Positions 30,440-39,556 of a stretch of DNA of 64,000 bases are shown here, one piece after another. The position numbers and the translations under genes were made by a program. The stretch spans positions 64,001-128,000 of the forward strand of contig CAWHCF010000002.1 in assembly GCA_963827655.1 (NCBI GenBank). Reading direction: 5' to 3'. Below the pieces are notes generated by a model. It worked only from the letters and a program-made list of their open reading frames with translations, was not told where the DNA came from and ran no database searches. The DNA comes from an uncultured Acidobacteriota bacterium. Lineage in GTDB: Bacteria; Acidobacteriota; UBA6911. Position 1 is the first letter of the stretch. Each line of letters starts with the position of its first letter.

Positions 30440-30590
30440 GCATCCGAAACATGACGGGGGCAGCATCGGCGGACCCATCGTGAAGAACAAGCTGTTCTTT
30501 TTCGCGGACTGGGAAGGCACCTTCGAGCGGGTGGGCTTTTCCTCGCTCTTTTCCGTCCCGCCGGCTGACTTTCGCAGGGGGGATTTTCAC
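30440..30590 (+). pseudogene. Short internal remnant of an Oar-type TonB-dependent receptor gene
   Basis: GGSIGGPIVKNKLFFFADWEG...SVPPADFRRGDF aligns with the GGPV..FFF..E...VPT...GDF segment of the two full receptors in this window. Confidence 0.75.
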
Positions 30591-30752
30591 CCATCCGGGC
30601 GCAGGCATTGCTGTCTGCGCCCGATTTGCCGGTCGGCTTGATCTGCTCCCCTGAATCCGAATGGAAAATTTCAGCACGGATTACAGGATCGTGTATGGTG
30701 TTCCTGCGCAAGCGCTCAGTCGGGTCGGACCCTCAGAAAGGATGAACAGACA

Positions 30753-31043
30753 ATGTCAGAGTGGGAATTCGCACAGTCTCAGCCTTCGGATGAGTTGGCC
30801 AAGCTGCATTTTTTCTCAATGAAGAAACGCCAGCCGGAGGGCGATATAGAATTCACCATCACCGTGCGCGAGTATGTCGATCGAAACCCGCAGCTCATGC
30901 GATTCTTTGCGCAAGCCGACAAGAAAACCAACCAGAAGACGGCACCATTCACACCCTTTGGCTGGGGTGAAACTCTCCTGCAGGCACTGAGTGAGTGCGT
31001 GCGGGCCATCCATCGGTTCCCCTACGAGGGTGAAGACAGCTAA
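30753..31043 (+). CDS. Small hypothetical protein (96 aa)
   Basis: Protein-like composition, RBS-like AAAGGA, fills an intergenic gap. Confidence 0.7.
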   Translation: MSEWEFAQSQPSDELAKLHFFSMKKRQPEGDIEFTITVREYVDRNPQLMRFFAQADKKTNQKTAPFTPFGWGETLLQALSECVRAIHRFPYEGEDS

Positions 31044-31095
31044 GATTCCTGGTGTTTCTTCGCAACGCTAACCACAAAGACACGAAGAAGAAACA

Positions 31096-31890
31096 CTAAA
31101 GGCGTCCCAGAAGCCGGTACCAGACAAAGCCCACATACTCATGATAGGCCAGTTGCAGCGAACCAAGTCGCGCCACCGAAGGATAACCAAAGCTCTTGAC
31201 AACCTTGAAGCTCCAGGCAGACCAGGGCTTTCCGGGCGGAAACTCCTGGAGCGTCCAGATACAGGCAGGCGCGGCAATGGGTGTCATACCGAGCTTGTGA
31301 GCTATTGCCATCGCACGCCGAAGATGACAGGCTGAGGTCACCAGTATGAAAGGGTTCTGCCCCACGATCGGCTTCACCTCCACAAGGTTTTCGTAGGTGT
31401 CCCGCGACCGCCCTTCGACCAGGACATCTTCGGTCGAAACCCCCATGGCCACGATGAAGTCCGCCATCTGCTGCGCGATCGGCTTATCTCCCTTTCTCAA
31501 AATCCCTCCCGAGACTACGATCTTGGATTTCGGAATCTGGCGGTAGAGCCTGATCCCCTCGGCAACCCGGCAGATCGTCTCCCCCGCGAGGTTACTGGTC
31601 ACGGGAGTCGAGGGATTCTCGACACCATAACCTGAGAGGATCACTATGCGCTCAACGCGGCTAGACGAATCCACGGCCTGGAGCGGGGGATAGAAGCCCT
31701 CGAGGTTTGCAATCGCAAGTTCGGCCAGGGGAGAAGAGGTAAACACCAGGTACAGCCCAGCTGCGACAAAAAGCAACCGGTGTCCGGTCCTTCTCCTGCG
31801 TTTCGTCACGCTCAGCACGATGCCGGCCACCAGGATAGCAGTCATGATTCCGACAGGAGAGAAGCTGAGTTCGACCAATCTTTTAAGCAT
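31096..31890 (-). CDS. YdcF/ElyC (DUF218) family membrane protein
   Basis: IVILSG, R..EG, VSGG, E..SRDTYEN, LVTSACHLRRA, HEYVG..WY. Confidence 0.88.
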   Translation of the reverse strand: MLKRLVELSFSPVGIMTAILVAGIVLSVTKRRRRTGHRLLFVAAGLYLVFTSSPLAELAIANLEGFYPPLQAVDSSSRVERIVILSGYGVENPSTPVTSNLAGETICRVAEGIRLYRQIPKSKIVVSGGILRKGDKPIAQQMADFIVAMGVSTEDVLVEGRSRDTYENLVEVKPIVGQNPFILVTSACHLRRAMAIAHKLGMTPIAAPACIWTLQEFPPGKPWSAWSFKVVKSFGYPSVARLGSLQLAYHEYVGFVWYRLLGRL

Positions 31891-31925
31891 CAATTCCTAA
31901 GCTCCTCCGGCCTTCGATGTGGTCA

Positions 31926-32936
31926 TCAATCCGACTCCCAGGCCGGATCAGCACAGAAGGTTGAAGTAAGCTCTTCTTTTTTCTCGCTCGACAGCCATGC
32001 GGCACGGATTCCATTGAGAATCAAGCTGCGAAGCTCCTTCCGCGAAAAGCCGAATGTTTTCGCGAGCAGCCGGTATTCTTCAGCCAGCGAGTTGCCGAAC
32101 ATGGCGGGATCATCCGTGTTGATAGTCACGATGACGCCGCGATCGAAGAAGCGCCTCACCGGATGGTCCTCATAGGCGCGAACGACACCCGTCCGCAGAT
32201 TGGAGATCGGGCACATCTCCAATGGGACCTGGTGATCGACGAGAAACTCCATCAGCGACTCGTCTTCTTCGGCCCGAGTCCCATGACCGATGCGGTCGAC
32301 CTCCAGTTTTCGAATAGCTCCCCAGATGCTCTCGGCACCCGCGGCTTCGCCGGCATGTGCCGTTGTGCCGAAGCCGCGGCCCCGCGCTTCTGCGTACACC
32401 GCCTCGAAGGGCTCGGGCGGGAACTTGTGTTCGGAACCGCCCATCCCGATCCCGATGACGCCGAGATCGCGCACTTCGCTGATCTCGGACAGGGTCCTGA
32501 ACGCGCTTGCGGGCCCACTGTCGCGGACCAGATCGGCGATGAGAGCGACTTGAGTGCCGGACGCCTGAGACAGGCCGCGCCGAATCGCAAGCGTCAAGCC
32601 CTGAGCCTCGAGACCCCTGACTTGGAAATCGGCCGGCGAGTAGAAGACTTCGGCGTAGCGAATATTCTGATCCGCGAGACGACGTGCCATGGCTGCGGAA
32701 GCGAAAGTGAAATCTTCGTATTCACGCAGGAACTGATTCTTCCACACCCAGGTCTCGACGAATTGTCTGAAGTCGCGGTACTCGAAACGACGCCGAAGCG
32801 ACTCCTGGTCGGGAAGCGAGGGATCTCCACCGTATTTACAGACGAGTTCCCACAAGGCTTCGTGTGGAATAGCCCCTTCAAGGTGCAAGTGGAGTTCCAC
32901 CTTGGGAACTCGCTCGAACCAGCCCAGGCCCGACAA
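31926..32936 (-). CDS. add: Adenosine/adenine deaminase family protein
   Basis: PKVELHLHLEG, TAHAGE, RIGHG, LEMCPISN, NTDDPAMF. Confidence 0.92.
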   Translation of the reverse strand: MSGLGWFERVPKVELHLHLEGAIPHEALWELVCKYGGDPSLPDQESLRRRFEYRDFRQFVETWVWKNQFLREYEDFTFASAAMARRLADQNIRYAEVFYSPADFQVRGLEAQGLTLAIRRGLSQASGTQVALIADLVRDSGPASAFRTLSEISEVRDLGVIGIGMGGSEHKFPPEPFEAVYAEARGRGFGTTAHAGEAAGAESIWGAIRKLEVDRIGHGTRAEEDESLMEFLVDHQVPLEMCPISNLRTGVVRAYEDHPVRRFFDRGVIVTINTDDPAMFGNSLAEEYRLLAKTFGFSRKELRSLILNGIRAAWLSSEKKEELTSTFCADPAWESD

Positions 32937-33104
32937 GGTAATGTGCCTCGAAGTTGCGTCCTCGCGTCTTCGTGGTTAGTTAAAAAGCCAAGATAGCATC
33001 GATTAGTAACTTAGTAACACGTCAGAAGCGGTCTTGAACTCAATACTGAGCGCGGCGTCAACACGGGCAGCTGGGGGCACCGAAAGATCATCCTGGGACT
33101 CAAG

Positions 33105-33205
33105 AATGACAAATGATAAATGACCAACGATAGATGACAAATTCCGGCGAGCAAGCAGCCCCGATTTATTGGTCATTTATCATTGGTCATTTGTCATTGA
33201 TCATT
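33105..33205. repeat. Inverted pair of heptamer arrays (AATGACA / TGGTCAT-type, STRR-like)
   Basis: aatgaca aatgata aatgacc aacgata gatgaca (33105-33142) faces ttggtcatttatcattggtcatttgtcatt (33164-33205). Confidence 0.8.
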
Positions 33206-33217
33206 CCCACAATGGTA

Positions 33218-33336
33218 TTTCTTCGTGACCTTGTGGTAGATTCCACTTGCTCGAGGAAGATGCGTCGCGTTTCCTGGTGTCTTCGAGCCTTGGTGGTAGC
33301 AAAAACCAACCCCCTAAGACTCGAAGAAACGCCAGG
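33218..33336. repeat. Cluster of three family A repeat copies, two forming a hairpin
   Basis: tttcttcgtgaccttgtggt; cctggtgtcttcgagccttggtggt / accccctaagactcgaagaaacgccagg. Confidence 0.75.
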
Positions 33337-33382
33337 CGCTAATCACCAAAAATCTGTTGCTAATCTAAATGTGAGGTAAGCC

Positions 33383-35017
33383 ATGCGAAAGAAATCCAGC
33401 CGTGCCTGGAGCCGGCGCGAACTCCTCGAGAGCGGAGGTCTGATTGCGGGCGCCACGCTCGCCGGCGGCGCGAGCGCTGCCGCCCGGCCTCGAGTCGAAC
33501 CCGAGTTGCGGATTGGAAAGGATATCTACAGTTCGATCGGGGTCAAGCCGGTGATCAATTGCCGTGGGACCTTCACGATTCTCAGTGGTTCCACCAGCCT
33601 CCCCGAAGTGAAGCGCGCGATGGAGGAGGCGTCCAGGCACTACGTGAACCTGGATGAGCTGATGGAAGGTGTCGGGCGCCGACTTGCGGAGTTGACCAAG
33701 GCCGAGTGGGGAATCGTCACCGCCGGCTGCTCAGCCGCCGAGACGCTGGCTACCTGCGCGTGCGTGGCGGGTACCAGCCCCGAAAAGATGCAGCGTATTC
33801 CGGACCTGCGCGGGATGAAGAACGAGGTGGTGATTCCACGCTACTCGCGCAACGTTTACGACCACGGGGTCCGGATGGCCGGAGTGAAGATGGTTACGGT
33901 GGATAACCTGGAGCAACTCGAGGCGGCACTGAATCCCCAGACCGCAATGATCTATATTCTGGCGTGCCCCGACGATACCGGACCTTTAGGTCTGCAACCT
34001 ATATCACAGGTCGCTCGCCGCAAAGGGGTCCCGGTCTTTGTGGATGCCGCTGCGGAAAACTTTACTCCGGAGGTGCACTTTTCACGGGGAGCCGACCTGG
34101 TGGCTTACAGCGGCGGCAAGGCGATTCGCGGGCCGCAGTGCGCCGGCCTGCTGCTCGGACGCAAAGATCTATGTCAGGCCGCCTGGCTCAACAGCGCGCC
34201 CCATCACGCGTTCGGCCGCTCTCTGAAAGTCGGCAAGGAAGAAATCATGGGCATGCTGGCGGCCGTGGAGATGTGGTACAAGCGGGACCATGCGGCCGAG
34301 TGGAAACAATGGGAAGGCTGGCTGGGGACGATCGCCGGCCAGGCAGGAAAAATTCAGGGAGTCACGACCGAGATCGTCAAACCCTCCGGGCTGTCGAACA
34401 ACACCCCACAGCTGCGCATCCGGTGGGACGGGGCGCGGTTGGGGATCAGCGGCAGGGAAACTTTCGACCTCCTCCTCAACCGAGACCCGCGGATCAACCT
34501 AGCGGGCTCGACCGGGACACGCCGCGATGGGCTCGAGACCAGCTCGGTCTCCGTAGTCCCCTGGATGATGCACCCGGGGGACGATAAAATCGTTGCCGGC
34601 CGGCTGCACGAAGTCCTTTCGAATCCCCCCAAGGTTGAAGTGACCCAAACGCCCGCGGCTCCTGCAGTCCAGATTTCGGGTCGCTGGAATGCGCGCCTCA
34701 AGTTTTCACTCGGCAACGATAACCACACCTTCTTCTTCGAGCAGCGTGCGGACGCTCTGGTCGGGACTCACCACGGCGAGATCGTCACCGGTTCATTGCG
34801 CGGCCGCGTCGAAGGCAACCAGATCGAGTTCCGCAGTTCGCAGCCCTACGAGGGTACCCGCCTGCAATTCGCCTTCACCGGACAGGTCGAAGGTGACTCT
34901 ATGAAAGGGACCGTCGAGATGGGCGAATATGGAGAAACGCGCTGGGAGGCACAGCGCCACTCTTACGATTCCCCTGGCCCGCGCGGGCGGGAAAGAAGAA
35001 CCGAAGGAAAAGAGTAG
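33383..35017 (+). CDS. Second SelA-like/DgaE-like PLP enzyme with Tat signal and an extra C-terminal beta-rich domain
   Basis: SRRELL; INCRGTFTILSGS, VTAGCSAA, DAAAE, YSGGK, KVGKEEIMG; about 110-aa extension (ISGRW...FTGQVEGDSMKGTV..G.YG...W). Confidence 0.87.
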   Translation: MRKKSSRAWSRRELLESGGLIAGATLAGGASAAARPRVEPELRIGKDIYSSIGVKPVINCRGTFTILSGSTSLPEVKRAMEEASRHYVNLDELMEGVGRRLAELTKAEWGIVTAGCSAAETLATCACVAGTSPEKMQRIPDLRGMKNEVVIPRYSRNVYDHGVRMAGVKMVTVDNLEQLEAALNPQTAMIYILACPDDTGPLGLQPISQVARRKGVPVFVDAAAENFTPEVHFSRGADLVAYSGGKAIRGPQCAGLLLGRKDLCQAAWLNSAPHHAFGRSLKVGKEEIMGMLAAVEMWYKRDHAAEWKQWEGWLGTIAGQAGKIQGVTTEIVKPSGLSNNTPQLRIRWDGARLGISGRETFDLLLNRDPRINLAGSTGTRRDGLETSSVSVVPWMMHPGDDKIVAGRLHEVLSNPPKVEVTQTPAAPAVQISGRWNARLKFSLGNDNHTFFFEQRADALVGTHHGEIVTGSLRGRVEGNQIEFRSSQPYEGTRLQFAFTGQVEGDSMKGTVEMGEYGETRWEAQRHSYDSPGPRGRERRTEGKE

Positions 35018-35196
35018 CGGCGCTCGGACGCCCGCCGCTTGGAGTTTGGCGAAGCTTGCTTCGCCCGTGCCGGGCAAACAAGCGTGCGCTGTCTCTGCGC
35101 TCTCTCGGTCACAACCTGCTACGCTTCCTGGCTGTCGCCTCCGCGACTGCTCAGAATATTGTTGTGAGCCATCGTCCTCGCCAGTGAGGCTCGGCC

Positions 35197-36819
35197 TTAG
35201 CGCCGCAGGAATGCCCTCGCATTCTGCAGTTCCAGCCTGGCTGAATCGGCGTCGGCGCAAAGCTCGATCAGTTCCGTGTAACGCTGTTTCGCCTTCTTTG
35301 GGTTGCCTGACAGCTCGGCCGCGCGCGCAGCGCCGAATGTCGCATTGAACCGCTTCGGCAAATTGCGGAGTGTAGTTTCAAATTCCGGCAATGCTCGCGC
35401 CGGCTGGTCGAGTTCCAGGAAGAGATCTCCCAGCAGCTCTCGCGCCGGAAGGACCGCTCCGGGCGTGACTGGATGTTTTTCTGTCGTGTCTTCCAGCTCA
35501 GCAGCCGAGCGCATCAGCCGGACTGCCTCCTCGTTGTTTCCTTCCGCGTGCGCCACCCAGGCAGAAGCTGCCAGCCGCTGCATTTCCACTTGCGCGCTCC
35601 AGTCGTAGTTCCCGTCGGCGTGCTCCAGCGCTTTCCGGACGGACTGGAGTTTTTCGGTTTCGATGCGGGCGGCCGCGGGATCACCGCTCCGGGCCGATCC
35701 GATCGCGCGCGCAAAATAGGTAATCGCCTCGGCGTAGCGAAAACGGTCCCAGGGAAACGTGGCGGGACGCACCTGGAGCGCCGCTGCTTCCGACCAGCGG
35801 CGTCTTTCCAGCGCGTAGCGCGCGGGAATCGCGGCAAACGCGTAAGCCGCCTGGAACACCTCCGCGTCAACTTTGGAGATTGCCGCCGTTTCCTCAACCA
35901 CTCGTCTTGCCTTCGCATCCTGGGACCCCTGCAGGTAGGCGTACACGAGGTAGTCCATGGCGTGAAGCTGATCTTGCGAGGCGGCGCCCGGATGCGTGCG
36001 GGCCACGTGATTCTTCGCGGCTGCCGCTGAGGCCAGATTCGATTGGATGGAGTCCTGCCAGAGCCCGAGGCGAGTGAAAATGTGCGACGGCATGTGGAGG
36101 GCATGCGGACTGGCGGGCGCAATGCTCGCGTAGCTGCGAGCGGCAGCCAGGGCGAGAGCGGCAAGCGGCGGCGAGTCGTAGCTGTGAATCACGTAGTGGA
36201 CGATGCCTGGGTGGTTCGGCTGCTCCCGCAGGATGCGGGTCAGAATCGCGGCGGCCTGCTTCTGGTTGGCGTAAGTCTTGTCGGTTGCCGGCGCGGTGCC
36301 GATCAAAGCCAGCGCGAAGAAGATCGCGGCCTCTCGATCCTGTGGATAGCGCGCAGCCAGCCGCTCCATCGCCTCGCGCCAGGCGCGGGCACGCTCCTGG
36401 TGAGGGACTCGGTCCGAGTCCTTGTAGTAGACTTCGAGCGCCGCGATGTAGTCGCGCTCGCGCTGGGTTCTGGCGCCTATGGACTTCGCTTTCTCAATCG
36501 CGCCGGCACCGTTTCTCAGCTCGGCGGGGTTCGGTGGAGCCCAGATGGGGTGATAAAGACTCATGGCGATCCCCCAGTAACCCATGGCGCAGCTCGGGTC
36601 CACGCGGGTTACTTCGGAGAAGGTCTTTTCGGCTTCGTCATACCAGAAGGAATGCAGCATCGTGATCGCATCATTGAAGGTCTTCTGGGCTCCCGTCGAG
36701 CATGACACCGGGAAATGAACCGAGCCGAGCTTCCCGTGATGGTCATGTTGGCCGTCATCGCCGAGCATGTTGGAGCAGAGGAAAATCACCGCAACGGCCA
36801 CAACCAGAATCCTTGCCAT
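35197..36819 (-). CDS. Secreted TPR-like helical repeat protein with conserved His motifs
   Basis: Signal peptide, HDHHGKLGSVHFPVSC, LHSFWY, CAMGYWG, HPGIVHYVIH, HALHMPSHIF, helical repeats. Confidence 0.75.
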   Translation of the reverse strand: MARILVVAVAVIFLCSNMLGDDGQHDHHGKLGSVHFPVSCSTGAQKTFNDAITMLHSFWYDEAEKTFSEVTRVDPSCAMGYWGIAMSLYHPIWAPPNPAELRNGAGAIEKAKSIGARTQRERDYIAALEVYYKDSDRVPHQERARAWREAMERLAARYPQDREAAIFFALALIGTAPATDKTYANQKQAAAILTRILREQPNHPGIVHYVIHSYDSPPLAALALAAARSYASIAPASPHALHMPSHIFTRLGLWQDSIQSNLASAAAAKNHVARTHPGAASQDQLHAMDYLVYAYLQGSQDAKARRVVEETAAISKVDAEVFQAAYAFAAIPARYALERRRWSEAAALQVRPATFPWDRFRYAEAITYFARAIGSARSGDPAAARIETEKLQSVRKALEHADGNYDWSAQVEMQRLAASAWVAHAEGNNEEAVRLMRSAAELEDTTEKHPVTPGAVLPARELLGDLFLELDQPARALPEFETTLRNLPKRFNATFGAARAAELSGNPKKAKQRYTELIELCADADSARLELQNARAFLRR

Positions 36820-36869
36820 CTAAATACCTCGAAAAATGATCCGGCAGTGAATAGCCCCGCCCGTCGAAA

Positions 36870-37095
36870 GCTGTGAAAAAATTCAGCGAACGGCTCTCGA
36901 TTGACCGGCAGCCCCTCTTGGCTTTTGTGGCGCGGGTCATTAGAGCCGTTGCAACTGTCGCCAGCTGATGTGCACGGGTTATCCATTCCGGCATCACGTT
37001 AATGACATCATAAGAACGTCTTAGGCTAGAAGCTCACGGCTCATCCTTACTGCGCGGGTCTGAAGACCCGCGCCACAGACGAATTTTTTCACAGC
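36870..37095. mobile_element. Putative MITE (about 226 bp) with perfect 15-bp terminal inverted repeats
   Basis: gctgtgaaaaaattc (36870-36884) / gaattttttcacagc (37081-37095); non-coding interior with a cgcgggtctgaagacccgcg hairpin. Confidence 0.6.
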
Positions 37096-37119
37096 CTCTC
37101 AGGGCGGGGGACTGGCAGA

Positions 37120-37245
37120 CCCGAGTCCGAGGTCCGAAGGACCGGCACTCTGACCGTGCCGCACCTTCGGCGCTCTTCTTAACGCACACCCAATCCCGGC
37201 CTTACGGCCGGGCCTACTCTCTGTCGGCCTTTCAGGCCTCAACTG
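37120..37245. repeat. REP-like composite palindromic element, copy 1
   Basis: Hairpins ggtccgaaggacc, gcaccttcggcgc, cccggccttacggccggg, ggcctttcaggcc; reverse-complement copy at 42291-42580. Confidence 0.8.
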
Positions 37246-37333
37246 CTTCAGAATACGTTAGCGGAATTGCAAACAGCACGACTTAATTTCCCTTTGAATG
37301 CCAGGCCAGCGTGCGAATTCGCTCGCGCCAAGT

Positions 37334-38638
37334 TTATCGCTCCCCGAGCGGTCGAAGGTAATTCTTGAAAACCCATTGAGCAACCCGCGCCCCCTGCGAT
37401 CGGCCGTGCGTATCGGCAGTACGGAAGTGAATCCCGGTGAAGACCCGGGCATCGACGACCTCTTCCACGGCGGTCGAAAAGCGGCTGAACACACGCGTCG
37501 GCCGTAATGCCAGCGGATATGCAGTAGTAATCGAGAAGGTGACTCGATCCGTCCCAAAGAATTGGGTCAGTGCTTCGGCCGCCGCGCTCGAACTCGTGGA
37601 GTGGCCTGAAGTGTATTCCGGAAAATTCGGCGTGTTAATCAATGGCTCCCACGTCGGGTCGCCAGCAGTGTCGGGGTTCCCATCGCTGTCTCCCTCCTGA
37701 ATGGCGGTCACGGGCCGCCAGAAGACGTAAAAATACTTGGTCTCCCAGCAAGCAATCTGAGCGTCCGCCGAAGCGAGGTCAACCAGCGCAAACATGCGTG
37801 CGCTGTCTCCGATGTTATCGATGTACCTGCTGGCAATGTTTCGCAGGGCTCTCTGCCACAGAACTGGACCGCTGTCAGCCCAGAAGTACCCGATCTCCGT
37901 CTGCTCTGGCGTCCGCCCGCTGTTGAACCTGGCGCCCAGCTCTTTCACCTCGTTGTAGTCCTCGGTATACAAAGCGCTTGAGAGATCGGGCGGGCCCTCG
38001 GCTCGGAACTGGGAGTTGCGTCTCATTGTAAAAGGAGTAACGTTCGCCACCCAAGGCGTGAGACCCGGAGCTAACGAAGCCGGCGGGCCGGGAATGTACG
38101 AGGCGGTCGGCCTCCAGACGCCGGCAGCCGTTCCACCCATGAACGGTGGCTGGCCCGCAGGAAACCGGCCGTCATTCGACCGCAAGCTAATGATACCCGC
38201 GGCGGCCTGTTGTCCCACCGTGATGCCGGGATCTTGTGGCGAGATCCCATGATTAGCGAGATAGTAGCTAAACGTGGTCGTCAAGCGCGCACTTTGTGCC
38301 GGAAAGAGGTAGACCAGAACATCGTATGCCGCCTTGGCTGCCGCAGCCTCAGGTGAACCGGACGCTCTTGGGATCACCACATGATACGGCTCATAGCGAC
38401 GATCGAGTGAAATAACGGCATCATAGATAGCCACGTGAACAATGGCGAAGTCGAGAGACGCGACTACCGACGGATGTCCGCCAAACGTTACCGCTTGTTC
38501 GGCAATAGCATTCCAATCCGAAACAGTGTCGGCGTACGCGCCAGACCAGCCCGCCACTAAAAGCGTAGCCAGGAACAGGACTCCTGTTCTCAGTTTTACT
38601 GGTCCGACGCCCTTATAGTATCTGTTGCTCTTTTCCAT
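37334..38638 (-). CDS. Secreted vanadium-dependent haloperoxidase-like / PAP2 superfamily protein
   Basis: KYFYVFWRP, PEYTSGH, RVFTGIHF vanadate/phosphate-binding motifs; signal peptide; RBS GGGAGG before ATG 38638. Confidence 0.85.
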   Translation of the reverse strand: MEKSNRYYKGVGPVKLRTGVLFLATLLVAGWSGAYADTVSDWNAIAEQAVTFGGHPSVVASLDFAIVHVAIYDAVISLDRRYEPYHVVIPRASGSPEAAAAKAAYDVLVYLFPAQSARLTTTFSYYLANHGISPQDPGITVGQQAAAGIISLRSNDGRFPAGQPPFMGGTAAGVWRPTASYIPGPPASLAPGLTPWVANVTPFTMRRNSQFRAEGPPDLSSALYTEDYNEVKELGARFNSGRTPEQTEIGYFWADSGPVLWQRALRNIASRYIDNIGDSARMFALVDLASADAQIACWETKYFYVFWRPVTAIQEGDSDGNPDTAGDPTWEPLINTPNFPEYTSGHSTSSSAAAEALTQFFGTDRVTFSITTAYPLALRPTRVFSRFSTAVEEVVDARVFTGIHFRTADTHGRSQGARVAQWVFKNYLRPLGER

Positions 38639-38974
38639 GAATCCTCCCTTTTTCCTATCCGCGAGACCAACCGGACAGAAGCGGCTCACAGCCGTTCCCC
38701 TGTTGACAGGACCTCGATTGCTCCAAGGCCAGGGCGCCGATCTGAGCGGCCGCCTTTCTGTCCGGTCAGGACTGATCCTGCAACCACTGATTCGCCGACA
38801 TCGATTCGCGCCACTCAAAGGCGAATCTTTGTCGCACTCATCTCGTAAGGCGGGAATTTCGTCGGAATCGGTCCACTCAATGGCAATTTTTCTTCGCGCG
38901 AGGCCTTCTGGCGAAGCGAATCGGGTGTTAGAATTGGCCGCCTACGCGTCAATCTGATCAAGGGACCGGGTTAG

Positions 38975-39556
38975 ATGAGTGTGCCCTCGCCAGGGAAGGT
39001 GAGTCAGTTGCTCGTGGAGTGGAGCGCGGGGGATAAGGCGGCGCTCGACAAGCTCATGCCGCTGGTCTATGACGAATTGCACCGAATGGCCCATCGTTAC
39101 ATGCGAGGGGAACGTCCTGGCCATAGCCTTCAAACCTCGGCTGTAATCAACGAGGCATATCTCCGGCTCGTTGATTACACGAAAATGCGCTGGCAGAACC
39201 GAGCCCACTTCTTCGCGGTCGCCGCGCAACTGATGCGTCGAATCCTGGTCGATCACGCTCGAAGCCTGCACTATGCCAAGCGAGGGCAAGGGGCAGTCAA
39301 AGTGCCACTCGAGGAAGCGATCGTATCACAGGAGCCGGCAACGGACATGGTTGCGCTCGACGACGCGCTGATTAATCTGGCGACATTGGATCCGCGCAAG
39401 AGTCAGATTGTTGAACTGCGCTACTTCGGCGGACTCAGCATCGAGGAAACAGCTGAAGTCTTGGGGCTTTCGCCCACTACCGTTAAACGCGAGTGGCGCG
39501 GGGCAAAAGCCTGGCTGCACAGGGCCATCACCGGTGGTGAGAGTAATGAAGCTTGA
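38975..39556 (+). CDS. ECF sigma factor of the kinase-associated (TIGR02999-like) type
   Basis: VSQLL..W..GDKAALDKLMPLVYDELHRMA, LQTSAVINEAYLRL, WQNRAHFF..AA..MRRILVDHAR, ELRYFGGLS.EETA, VKREW..AKAWL. Confidence 0.92.
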   Translation: MSVPSPGKVSQLLVEWSAGDKAALDKLMPLVYDELHRMAHRYMRGERPGHSLQTSAVINEAYLRLVDYTKMRWQNRAHFFAVAAQLMRRILVDHARSLHYAKRGQGAVKVPLEEAIVSQEPATDMVALDDALINLATLDPRKSQIVELRYFGGLSIEETAEVLGLSPTTVKREWRGAKAWLHRAITGGESNEA

